Shown one piece after another: positions 1-7,507 of a stretch of 19,505 nt of DNA. The DNA comes from Verrucomicrobiota bacterium (GTDB lineage Bacteria > Verrucomicrobiota > Verrucomicrobiia > Limisphaerales > CANJXF01): positions 1-19,505 of the forward strand of contig JBBQRQ010000095.1 in the NCBI GenBank assembly GCA_038214755.1. The letters are read 5' to 3'. Within the stretch, counting starts at the first letter, position 1. Each line of letters begins with the position of its first letter. A model generated the notes under the pieces. That model was not told the origin of the DNA and made no database searches. It saw only the letters and a program-made list of their open reading frames with translations. A program made the translations under genes and the position numbers.

Positions 1-42
1 GAGCAGTGATTGAGGCAGTTTGTGGCGGCGGATTTTAGGCAT
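1..42 (-). CDS. 5' end of a small protein (MPKIRRHKLPQSLL...), probable toxin partner of 35..256; runs off the window
   Basis: Manual translation; the ATG at 42 overlaps the last codons of the upstream ORF, a coupling typical of TA pairs. Confidence 0.55.
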   Translation of the reverse strand, partial: MPKIRRHKLPQSLL

Positions 43-256
43 GAGACTGGTCGCCGTAGAAACCGCGCACGATCTCTTCTTGCAGCCGATCCGCCTCTTG
101 CGGGTCTTTTGCTTCGACCATTCGTTTGGCTAACTGACCCAATTCTTCTGGCGTAAGCATGCGGCTTTCTCCCGCCTGCCGGGCAAACTTGATTACCCTC
201 GTCTGTTCATCTTGCGGTAAGCGTTTTATCTCTTCGATGATTTCAACCGCTGTCAT
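35..256 (-). CDS. small putative antitoxin (addiction-module-like)
   Basis: 73 aa; N-terminus MTAVEIIEEIKRLPQDEQTRV resembles 1927..2124 (MSAHEIIEQIKGLPSSERAQV); overlaps the downstream gene; promoter directly upstream. Confidence 0.65.
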   Translation of the reverse strand: MTAVEIIEEIKRLPQDEQTRVIKFARQAGESRMLTPEELGQLAKRMVEAKDPQEADRLQEEIVRGFYGDQSHA

Positions 257-262
257 GCAACC

Positions 263-291
263 AGATTACCTATTCCAACGTCGGCGCGCAA
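263..291 (-). promoter_or_regulatory. sigma70-type promoter, probably leaderless
   Basis: TTGCGC-17 bp-TAATCT, then 6 nt to the ATG at 256; no Shine-Dalgarno. Confidence 0.6.
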
Positions 292-384
292 GCGGTTCAA
301 TGGTTGTCTTTTTTCCGCGCAACGTTTTCGTTCATGCAGAACCTGGCCGTCTCGAAGTCAAAATGGCTTTGAAGGAAAAAAATT

Positions 385-563
385 GACTGACAGCCACCGA
401 CGAAATTGTTTCGCCCTCCACATAAAAGGCAGCTCGCAAATCCTGCGCGAGATCCACCGCGTAGATCGTGCGTCCGTCGTGGGCGGAGAGCCGGTGGATT
501 TTGTGCGCCCGGAGACGTGGATCGAAAGAGTTCTGCTTGAAAATCGGAAAGGCTCGCCGCGCC
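385..563 (-). pseudogene. degenerate RelE/ParE-like toxin fragment (central and C-terminal part)
   Basis: An unlisted frame reads ARRAFPIFKQNSFDPRLRAHKIHRLSAHDGRTIYAVDLAQDLRAAFYVEGETISSVAV, homologous to ARQAWKIFKENPFDPRLRSHKI of 1790..1930; in-frame TGA just upstream and no start codon. Confidence 0.7.
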
Positions 564-618
564 AGAGGTCACCGTTGTTCATTTCATATTGTGATTCGTG
601 TGACCTTTTGCTCGAATC

Positions 619-957
619 ATGCCAATGAAACTTCCCCACGGCGAACGGGCTGACCTCGGCACAAAGCTGGAGGATTACTCGCTCAACCCGGTGCATCGGG
701 ATGGACGGCATAAGGCGCGGGTTTTCGCCTCCGTTCTTGGAATCACGGTCGATAATCATCAGAAGCTGCGGGATGCGTTGCTTCATTTCGCCGCAACGTC
801 GGATGCCGCCGAAGCCAGAGGCGATAATGGGTTCGGAAATGTTTTCGTGCTGCGCTTTCCACTGGCAACCGAAACGAACACAGCCACCGTGATGAGCGTC
901 TGGATTATTCGTCATGGAGAGGACTTCCCACGGCTCACAAGTTGTTATATTGTTTGA
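619..957 (+). CDS. DUF6883-like protein (putative toxin); start possibly at 625
   Basis: KLEDYSLNPVHRDGRHKARVF...SVWII...PRLTSCY family pattern; followed by a DUF4926-like gene. Confidence 0.75.
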   Translation: MPMKLPHGERADLGTKLEDYSLNPVHRDGRHKARVFASVLGITVDNHQKLRDALLHFAATSDAAEARGDNGFGNVFVLRFPLATETNTATVMSVWIIRHGEDFPRLTSCYIV

Positions 958-960
958 CCT

Positions 961-1203
961 ATGAACGCCGAAATTCATCTGCACGATGTGGTGGTGTTGA
1001 CCGAAGATGTGCCGACAAAGCACTTTGAATCCGGTCGCGCGCTTTGGCTGCGCCGTGGCCAGGTCGGCACCGTTGTGATGACTTATGACGGCACGGCGTT
1101 TGAAGTCGAATTTTCCGGCAAAGACGGACGAGCCTATGCGCTGCTTCCGGTGGCTGCGAAAAAGCTGATTGTCCTCCATGAAGAGCCGGAACTCGCGATG
1201 TAG
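961..1203 (+). CDS. DUF4926 domain protein
   Basis: LHDVVVLTEDV...LRRGQVGTVV...AFEVEFS...GRAYAL signature; typical partner of DUF6883. Confidence 0.85.
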   Translation: MNAEIHLHDVVVLTEDVPTKHFESGRALWLRRGQVGTVVMTYDGTAFEVEFSGKDGRAYALLPVAAKKLIVLHEEPELAM

Positions 1204-1315
1204 TTGGCGGCAAAGAGTATTGATATTTTTCTCGTTTTAATCAGCCATTTCGCCGGGATAACGAAAGTCCTTTCGCCAGACTTCTGCGTTCTCGGAGTTC
1301 GCAGCGGAGATAAAG

Positions 1316-1344
1316 TTGACCGACATTGGAAACCAATTTAATCT
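1316..1344 (+). promoter_or_regulatory. leaderless sigma70-type promoter of hicBA with a palindrome in the spacer
   Basis: TTGACC-17 bp-TAATCT, 6 nt before ATG 1351; inverted repeat ATTGG-aaa-CCAAT at 1325-1337. Confidence 0.65.
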
Positions 1345-1350
1345 TTTGCC

Positions 1351-1563
1351 ATGAAATTCCGCGTGATGATCGAGCCGGATGAAGATGGTGTTTTTGTGGC
1401 AGAGTGCCCGTCACTGCCGGGCTGCATTTCGCAAGGCCAGACTCGGGAAGAAGCGCTGACCAACATCAAGGATGCCATCGCCGGTTATCTCGTCAGCCTC
1501 AAAAAGCACAATGAGCCGGTGCCTTTGCCGATCACGGAAGAAGTGGTTGAAATCCCGGCATGA
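1351..1563 (+). CDS. hicB: HicB family antitoxin (short, no DNA-binding extension)
   Basis: EPDEDGVFVAECPSLPGCISQGQTREEALTNIKDAI signature. Confidence 0.92.
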   Translation: MKFRVMIEPDEDGVFVAECPSLPGCISQGQTREEALTNIKDAIAGYLVSLKKHNEPVPLPITEEVVEIPA

Positions 1564-1778
1564 GCAAGCTGCCCGTTTGTTCCGGTGTCGATGCGGTCAA
1601 AGCGTTCCGCTAACTGGGTCACGAATTTGATCACCAGACTGGTAGCCACATTATTCTTCGGCATCCATCCATGCGGCGCCTGACCGTTCCCAATCATCGA
1701 GAATTGGCCAAAGGCACTTTGCGCGCACTGATCCGTGACGCGGGAATCACAAAAGAGCAGTTCAGCGAATTGCTTTGA
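1560..1778 (+). pseudogene. hicA: HicA family toxin with a premature stop (TAA at 1611-1613)
   Basis: ATGA overlap with hicB; translation MSKLPVCSGVDAVKAFR*LGHEFDHQTGSHIILRHPSMRRLTVPNHRELAKGTLRALIRDAGITKEQFSELL with the GSH and TVPxH motifs. Confidence 0.88.
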
Positions 1779-1789
1779 AAGAGCCGTTC

Positions 1790-1930
1790 GATTTTGTGTG
1801 ACCGCAAACGAGGATCAAAAGGGTTTTCCTTGAAAATTTTCCAAGCTTGGCGCGCGGATTCTTTTTGTGCGGGAGAAAGGCGGTAGAAACTCGTCCAGAA
1901 TCGTTCAACGGCGCGGTAGCGATATTTCAT
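1790..1930 (-). pseudogene. RelE/ParE-like toxin, 3'-truncated after ...RSHKI (the ORF reads on antisense into hicA to 1694)
   Basis: MKYRYRAVERFWTSFYRLSPAQKESARQAWKIFKENPFDPRLRSHKI; ATGA overlap with 1927..2124; lacks the C-terminal strands seen in the 385..563 homolog. Confidence 0.7.
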
Positions 1931-2124
1931 CGCAGATGTGGCGGGGGCGTTTCAAACAAAGCCGTTTCCATCTCGACCAACCGCCCGGCCTCCAAATCTT
2001 TCATGGCATCTTTGAATTCGTCGGGAATCCAGGAATTGTCGGACTCGACCACGAACCGGGTGACTTGCGCCCGTTCGCTGGAAGGCAGTCCTTTGATTTG
2101 TTCGATGATTTCATGTGCGCTCAT
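1927..2124 (-). CDS. putative antitoxin of the RelE-like toxin
   Basis: 65 aa acidic protein coupled to the toxin; GATAAT 6 nt before the ATG; N-terminus paralogous to 35..256. Confidence 0.7.
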   Translation of the reverse strand: MSAHEIIEQIKGLPSSERAQVTRFVVESDNSWIPDEFKDAMKDLEAGRLVEMETALFETPPPHLR

Positions 2125-2263
2125 GTTTCAATTATCCCGCGAAATTTTCTTACGGCCAGTTTTCAAATCCAAGAAAGGGGCGGGGTGATGGTCAAACTTT
2201 CAAACTGGACCAGCACCGAAAGTTTTCGCTTCAATCTTTGTTTAATTTACTTACTATTTTTGA

Positions 2264-4408
2264 ATGCGCCTTTCCCCATTGTTCCTTAACCCGCTTTTAT
2301 TCGCCGCCAATATTTTTTCCGCCGAGCCAAATCGAATTGATAAGCCGGAACACTTTCAAACCCTGGTCAATCCAAAATGTTCCTACTGCAATGTTGAACA
2401 AGGCCGTCGCGCTGACGAGTTGCGTGACGATGATCGCGCGCTGGCGTGGATTCGCGGCAAGCATGATGGCGGCGCGGTGCCGTTCCGTTTTTTTCTCGTG
2501 CCGTATCGCGTCATCAGTGACAGCTACGGCGTCTGGGTTTATGACGCGGACGCGGGATTCGTTCGCGGGTTTGAACCGTCTTACGATTTTACTTTTCACG
2601 GCTGGCGGAACGGGGTCATGACCATCAAACACAAAGACGGCACGCTCTTTTCTGCATTGAGCGGCGTGGCGTTTGACGGGCCGCGAAAAGGAACTTCGCT
2701 CAAATTCCTGCCAACGATACAAACCGATTGGGGCTACTGGCGCAAAGCGTATCCGCGCACGGTCGCTTACGAAATGCTGGATAAATTTCGTCCGATAAAT
2801 CTTCCGTCAGAAAAAACTTCCGAATCGTTCGCCACTCGCTTGCCGCCGGACGAACGATTAATACCCGACGAACCCGTTATCGGTCTCGCGCTGGGAAATC
2901 TTGCCAAGGCGTATTCGATTTCCGTTTTGTCCAACAAAAAAATCATTCACGACAAAGTTGGCGATCAGGAAATCGTGGTGCTTTGGTACGCGCCCACCAA
3001 AACCGCCGCGATTTATTCCCCCCGAATGGAAACCAACAAAATTCCTGAACAACTTTCCTTGCAAGCGAACGACCAGATTTCGACCGCGCCGTTTGCGGAT
3101 CGTGAAACGTATTCGCACTGGACAATCGAAGGCCGAGCCGTCGAAGGGCCGCTCGCCGGGAACGCATTGGCGTGGCTTCCCGCTGTGCAATGCAAATGGT
3201 TTGCGTGGGCAGCGGAATATCCGCAAACGGAAATTTATTCCACGAATTCAAAAAGCGCGGTCATCGCTGCTACGCCGATGATCGCCAAATTGATCGACGG
3301 CGAACGTCTCGATTGGGAAAAAATGGAAAAGACCGAAGCGACTATTGTGAAAATTAATTCTGAAACCATTTCGGTGATCGCCGACAGCGACAAAAAGGAA
3401 CACAGCGCGAGTTTCATGCCGCAAACGGAATTTTATTTTCACGGCGCGTGGGGCAGCGCAAAAACTTTTGGCGCGAAACAGCGCGTTTATATTATCGCGA
3501 GGACGAGCGCAAAAAAAGAGTGGAACACTGTTCACGCGCTGGCGGACGAAATTTCCATGGAAGCTATGTCCATGCCTTGGATTTTGAAACGGAATGACGC
3601 GGCTAAAAATACCTTCGTCTTCGGAGACAAAAAAGGACGCAAACCGGAACGCGAGTTGAGCCGCGATGAGAATACCCACCTTCGCTTTTCGTCGAAAGCC
3701 AATGCGCCGATGGTGGGTCAACCGTATTTTTACAACACGCGCTCCGAGGGTAAACGAAATGTGGCGATGGAAATTTTCGATGCGGCATCATTTGAAAATG
3801 AACGCGCGAAGTTGCAAAAGCAAAATCGCGATTCCGCCGCGCAGAACGGCCTTGTCGCGACCGTCGTTGAAACTGACGTTGCGACTCATCGCATCAGTTT
3901 GTTGATTCGCCGCGCCGATTCTTTATTCGCCCGAATCTTGAAAAAAAATGACAAAGTGCGTCTTGCGGGAAAATTTCTCGGGGACGCTGAAAATCATTTC
4001 GAGGTGGTTGACGTTCGACCGGATTATTCGCGGACGCGATTACGACTGGAAATTCCATTGGCGAGTTTTGAAAATTTTCATACTGGCGAGACTATCCGCG
4101 TGTTCGCGCCACTTCCGGAAAATTTAAGTATAGACACGCCGCCGGATTTGGGCCGTTTCACTGCGCGGCTCGAACGAATCGATTATTTTATGTCAACGAT
4201 TTATTGCCCGTGTGGAATGCTGGGGACAAGTTGCGCGGGACATTGGAACACGCTGGCGGCGTGCAAACTTCACGGATGCGGAATGCCGAATTTAATGACG
4301 CGAGAGATCGGTGAGTGGATTGACGCGGGAAAAAGCGACGAGGAAATTCTTGCAACCCTGATTCAACGAAACGGAAAAATAATCCTCGCGCAGCATCAGC
4401 AGTGGTGA
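2264..4408 (+). CDS. secreted DUF3179-domain protein with a C-terminal Cys-rich CcmH-like domain
   Basis: Signal-peptide-like N-terminus; DUF3179-like motifs (GVAFDGPRKG, TDWGYWRKAYP, DRETYSHWTIEGRAVEGPLAG, WFAWAAEYPQT); C-terminal CPCG...C...C...CG...IGEWIDAGKSDEEI. Confidence 0.7.
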   Translation: MRLSPLFLNPLLFAANIFSAEPNRIDKPEHFQTLVNPKCSYCNVEQGRRADELRDDDRALAWIRGKHDGGAVPFRFFLVPYRVISDSYGVWVYDADAGFVRGFEPSYDFTFHGWRNGVMTIKHKDGTLFSALSGVAFDGPRKGTSLKFLPTIQTDWGYWRKAYPRTVAYEMLDKFRPINLPSEKTSESFATRLPPDERLIPDEPVIGLALGNLAKAYSISVLSNKKIIHDKVGDQEIVVLWYAPTKTAAIYSPRMETNKIPEQLSLQANDQISTAPFADRETYSHWTIEGRAVEGPLAGNALAWLPAVQCKWFAWAAEYPQTEIYSTNSKSAVIAATPMIAKLIDGERLDWEKMEKTEATIVKINSETISVIADSDKKEHSASFMPQTEFYFHGAWGSAKTFGAKQRVYIIARTSAKKEWNTVHALADEISMEAMSMPWILKRNDAAKNTFVFGDKKGRKPERELSRDENTHLRFSSKANAPMVGQPYFYNTRSEGKRNVAMEIFDAASFENERAKLQKQNRDSAAQNGLVATVVETDVATHRISLLIRRADSLFARILKKNDKVRLAGKFLGDAENHFEVVDVRPDYSRTRLRLEIPLASFENFHTGETIRVFAPLPENLSIDTPPDLGRFTARLERIDYFMSTIYCPCGMLGTSCAGHWNTLAACKLHGCGMPNLMTREIGEWIDAGKSDEEILATLIQRNGKIILAQHQQW

Positions 4409-4480
4409 GCGAGAAGTAATGTTCCGCTCAGAGAAATCCTACCGTTACTCCCCGTCACGTGGCGCGGAGATCGGATGGGT

Positions 4481-6106
4481 TCACGATTTTTTCTGAAGAA
4501 AATGTTCGATGACATTGCGGGTAATTTTTGAAATGTGTTCATCCACCAACACGCAAGCAGTCCAGGTGATCGAGCCGATGGAAAAAACCGCGCCGCCACT
4601 CTCAGTTTCGTGATAGATGATCTCCGCGCCGCCACCGTCGGCGTTTGTTCCTCGCGCGAGCAACACGGCATTCTTCGGGGTCGAAGTCGTGCGCTTATCG
4701 GTTTCGAGCCCTGACGCCCCGCCGGGGCAGCGTTCCTGCAAACTTTTCGTGCCGAACAAATCGCCATCTTTCAAAATCGTTCCGTAAAATATCCAATGAT
4801 CTGAATGAACGACGCGGTAGGGCGACGCGGTGGCGATGCCCGATTCGCTGAAAATAATTCCGAGTAATTCCGCCGATGATTCTCCCTTAAAATGAAAACG
4901 GCTTTCATATTTTTTTCCATCATCAGGGTCAACCACGGCGAGCGCGCCGGTAGGATTTGGCAGCCATGTTTTGCAACGCATCGCAGTGTCTTCGAGAAAT
5001 TCAATTTCGCAATCAATGCCATTGCCGCCGAGATACATTAATTTTCCGCCGCGCTCGAACACCCACTTTTTCACTCGAAGATAAGCGTCGCGCGACCAGT
5101 ATTCAGGATGGGTGCTGACGATGAGAATTTTGTAGGCATCCAGATCAAGCTGGCCTTCGTGCAATTGGTAATCAGAATAAAAATCGTAATCGAACCGCTC
5201 GCGCTCCAGCCAGCCGAGCAACCGCCATTCTGCGGGCGCGAGATGACAACTTTGTCTGCCACGAATCGGGTCGGTGACTTCCGTATTTTGAGGAACGTGA
5301 TTGAAAATTTCTGGACGATCAAAAGACAACGGCGCGTATTCCGAATCGCGCGCCTGCCAAACGCTGAGCAATTCGCCGGAGTAACGCGGCAGGTCCTGAC
5401 GGGAATTCACGGTGGGGCGCGGCGGCAATATCGTCGTGTTGATGTAATTGCTGCGCCCGCCAAAATTGTTGTAGGCGTTCCAGGTGTTGGTCGAAGCTAG
5501 CACGGCGATTTTTGCTTGTGGCATTTTCGGCGCAACCACCCAGGGAAAGGAAAAAAAATTCCCGCTCTCCGTTTCCGCGTGGAAATAATACAGCCCCGAT
5601 TTTTCCGGAGCGATGACCGTTTGAAATTTGGAATTCCTTTTGTAACCGGTTTGATTCCACCGCACGCCCGTCTGGGTAATATCGCCCTCTGGCAAAATCT
5701 GCAGGTTGGCTCGTGGAGCATGTTCATCATACCAGCCCAGCAACTTCACGAATTCCTTTTTCAATCCGTATCGCCAAAGAGACAACCGGTAGGATTCAAC
5801 GGCGTGAATTTTGAATTCGCCCGACGCGCCCGACTTCACCCATTTTGGCCAGACGTAGCCAAGCAATCCATCGCTGAGCAAACGGAAGTGAATCGGCTCG
5901 CCGGTGCCAATCGTCAGCGCGACGCTCTTGGAACCGAAACCAGGCTTGACCAAAGTTACTTTGTAATCGGCGGGAGAAAGATCAGCCTGGATAGCGCCGC
6001 AAGGAGTTGAGTGAACGGTTGTGAGGCTCCGTCCCTCGCGCTCGAACTCAACAGCGACATCGGAGAGCGCGGAAAAATTTTCATCGCTGACGTAGCCGAT
6101 TAGCAT
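4481..6106 (-). CDS. N,N-dimethylformamidase beta-subunit family protein with an N-terminal carboxypeptidase-regulatory-like domain
   Basis: TNTWNAYNNFGG, SFDRP, HPEYWS, MYLGGN, GLETD and GAVFSIGSITW motifs; 541 aa. Confidence 0.8.
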   Translation of the reverse strand: MLIGYVSDENFSALSDVAVEFEREGRSLTTVHSTPCGAIQADLSPADYKVTLVKPGFGSKSVALTIGTGEPIHFRLLSDGLLGYVWPKWVKSGASGEFKIHAVESYRLSLWRYGLKKEFVKLLGWYDEHAPRANLQILPEGDITQTGVRWNQTGYKRNSKFQTVIAPEKSGLYYFHAETESGNFFSFPWVVAPKMPQAKIAVLASTNTWNAYNNFGGRSNYINTTILPPRPTVNSRQDLPRYSGELLSVWQARDSEYAPLSFDRPEIFNHVPQNTEVTDPIRGRQSCHLAPAEWRLLGWLERERFDYDFYSDYQLHEGQLDLDAYKILIVSTHPEYWSRDAYLRVKKWVFERGGKLMYLGGNGIDCEIEFLEDTAMRCKTWLPNPTGALAVVDPDDGKKYESRFHFKGESSAELLGIIFSESGIATASPYRVVHSDHWIFYGTILKDGDLFGTKSLQERCPGGASGLETDKRTTSTPKNAVLLARGTNADGGGAEIIYHETESGGAVFSIGSITWTACVLVDEHISKITRNVIEHFLQKKS

Positions 6107-6415
6107 AATTTGGTTGAGTTAAAATGTAACGGCATTCGATTGGGAGTTGTCGCACGATTTTTTTTCAAATCGAAAACTCCGGCGATTGTTGGAATCCAAA
6201 AATACTTTCTGGATGGGACCAGATCGGCGGCGAGCCATGACTCAAACTTAATCAGAGATTCGACGTTGTCCAAGTCGCCTTTGACGGAGCCCGGGGGCGC
6301 CCGAGCGGGATCTCGAAAGGTGCATCTTACGAAGGGACGGCGACGATTGGGGGATAATTCCCCATCTGTGGAATCTTGTTCAAAATCTACCAAACGCTTT
6401 GATTGGAGGAACGAG

Positions 6416-7225
6416 CTATTTGACCGACCTAGCTTTCTCCCTCTCCTTCATTGCTTCCGGCAAAAGATCTTTCAAATCTTGAACACGTCGTTCATGCGAC
6501 GGATGCGTCGATGCGAACTCAAGCGGTTGGCGGGCTCCGGTTTCGCTCATTCGCTCCCAAAACAAAATCGCTTCATTCGGGTCGTAACCTGCGCGCGCCA
6601 TATAAAACAAACCCATCTTGTCCGCTTCCTTTTCGTGCTGGCGGCTGAATGGCAACAGCACTCCGTATTGCGCGCCCGCTCCCAGCGCAGCCATGATGGT
6701 TTGCCGCTGGTTATCATCCAGATTACCCATCGAAAAATTCGCGCCGAGCATGGCCGTCTGGGCAAGAGTTGAGCGCAGCAGGCGTTGCGATCCGTGCCGG
6801 GCAATCGCGTGCGCCATTTCATGACCCATCACGGCGGCCAGCCCGTCCTCCGTTTTCGCGTAGGGAATAATTCCCGTGTAAACGACAATCTTCCCGCCGG
6901 GCAAACAGAAGGCGTTGACTTGCGGGCTTCGCACCACGCTCACCTGCCATTTGAAATCCTTCGCATCATCGCCCGTGGCGCTAGCGAGCCGTTTAGCTAC
7001 GCGGACGACGAGGTCATGTTCCTGTCCGCTTTCCACCACGTCTGACTTAGATAACACTTCGCGAAAACTTTGCATCCCGAGGGTTTCTTCCTGTTCTGAC
7101 GAAAGCGCGACGCGCGCGCTCTTGCCCGTGATGGGGTTGGTGATCTTTTCCGAACCACAGTATTGGAAAATCATCACGACGGCGGCGATGACAATGGGGA
7201 AGATGGCAATGTGACGTCCACGCAT
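6416..7225 (-). CDS. M48 family Zn metallopeptidase (YfgC/LoiP/Oma1-like)
   Basis: VNAFCLPGGKIVVYTG, GHEMAHA (HExxH), FSRQHEKEAD, STHPS. Confidence 0.93.
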   Translation of the reverse strand: MRGRHIAIFPIVIAAVVMIFQYCGSEKITNPITGKSARVALSSEQEETLGMQSFREVLSKSDVVESGQEHDLVVRVAKRLASATGDDAKDFKWQVSVVRSPQVNAFCLPGGKIVVYTGIIPYAKTEDGLAAVMGHEMAHAIARHGSQRLLRSTLAQTAMLGANFSMGNLDDNQRQTIMAALGAGAQYGVLLPFSRQHEKEADKMGLFYMARAGYDPNEAILFWERMSETGARQPLEFASTHPSHERRVQDLKDLLPEAMKEREKARSVK

Positions 7226-7360
7226 AAAATTATTTCGGAGGAAATCGTAGTGGAAGGTGAAACGGATTCAATAGGTAGAACCCCCGTTATTTTATAGGAG
7301 ACCACTCGTTGGTTCGGTGGAATACCGAGGTGCGGGACCGCCCGTCGCAACGAATTAGTG

Positions 7361-7488
7361 GGTCGGGACGAGTTCCACCTCGTCCTCATTATTTCAGGGA
7401 AATCGAACTCATTGGGATTTTCCTTCTAAAGTTTCCGAGTTGGGAAGGGCTAACGATTAGTCAGGGGCGCGGTTGAAGGCGTCCTTAC
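7361..7488. repeat. REPIN/MITE-like element: two inverted REP-type palindromes about 65 bp apart
   Basis: GGTCGGGACGAGTTCCACCTCGTCC (7361) is an inverted copy of the degenerate GGGGCGCGGTTGAAGGCGTCCTTAC (to 7488); 7415-7488 also matches 12600-12674. Confidence 0.7.
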
Positions 7489-7507
7489 GTCCTCACCACC
7501 ACAACAT

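Noticed and set aside
358..1179. 273-aa minus-strand ORF
   Set aside because: Antisense shadow of the DUF6883/DUF4926 genes with no recognisable motifs
1611..1613. Stop-codon recoding in hicA
   Set aside because: TAA is used as a normal stop elsewhere in the window; a point nonsense mutation or sequencing error is more likely
6100..6772. ORFs 6110..6772 (+) and 6100..6393 (-)
   Set aside because: No family motifs; the first overlaps the M48 gene antisense; neither can be supported as a gene
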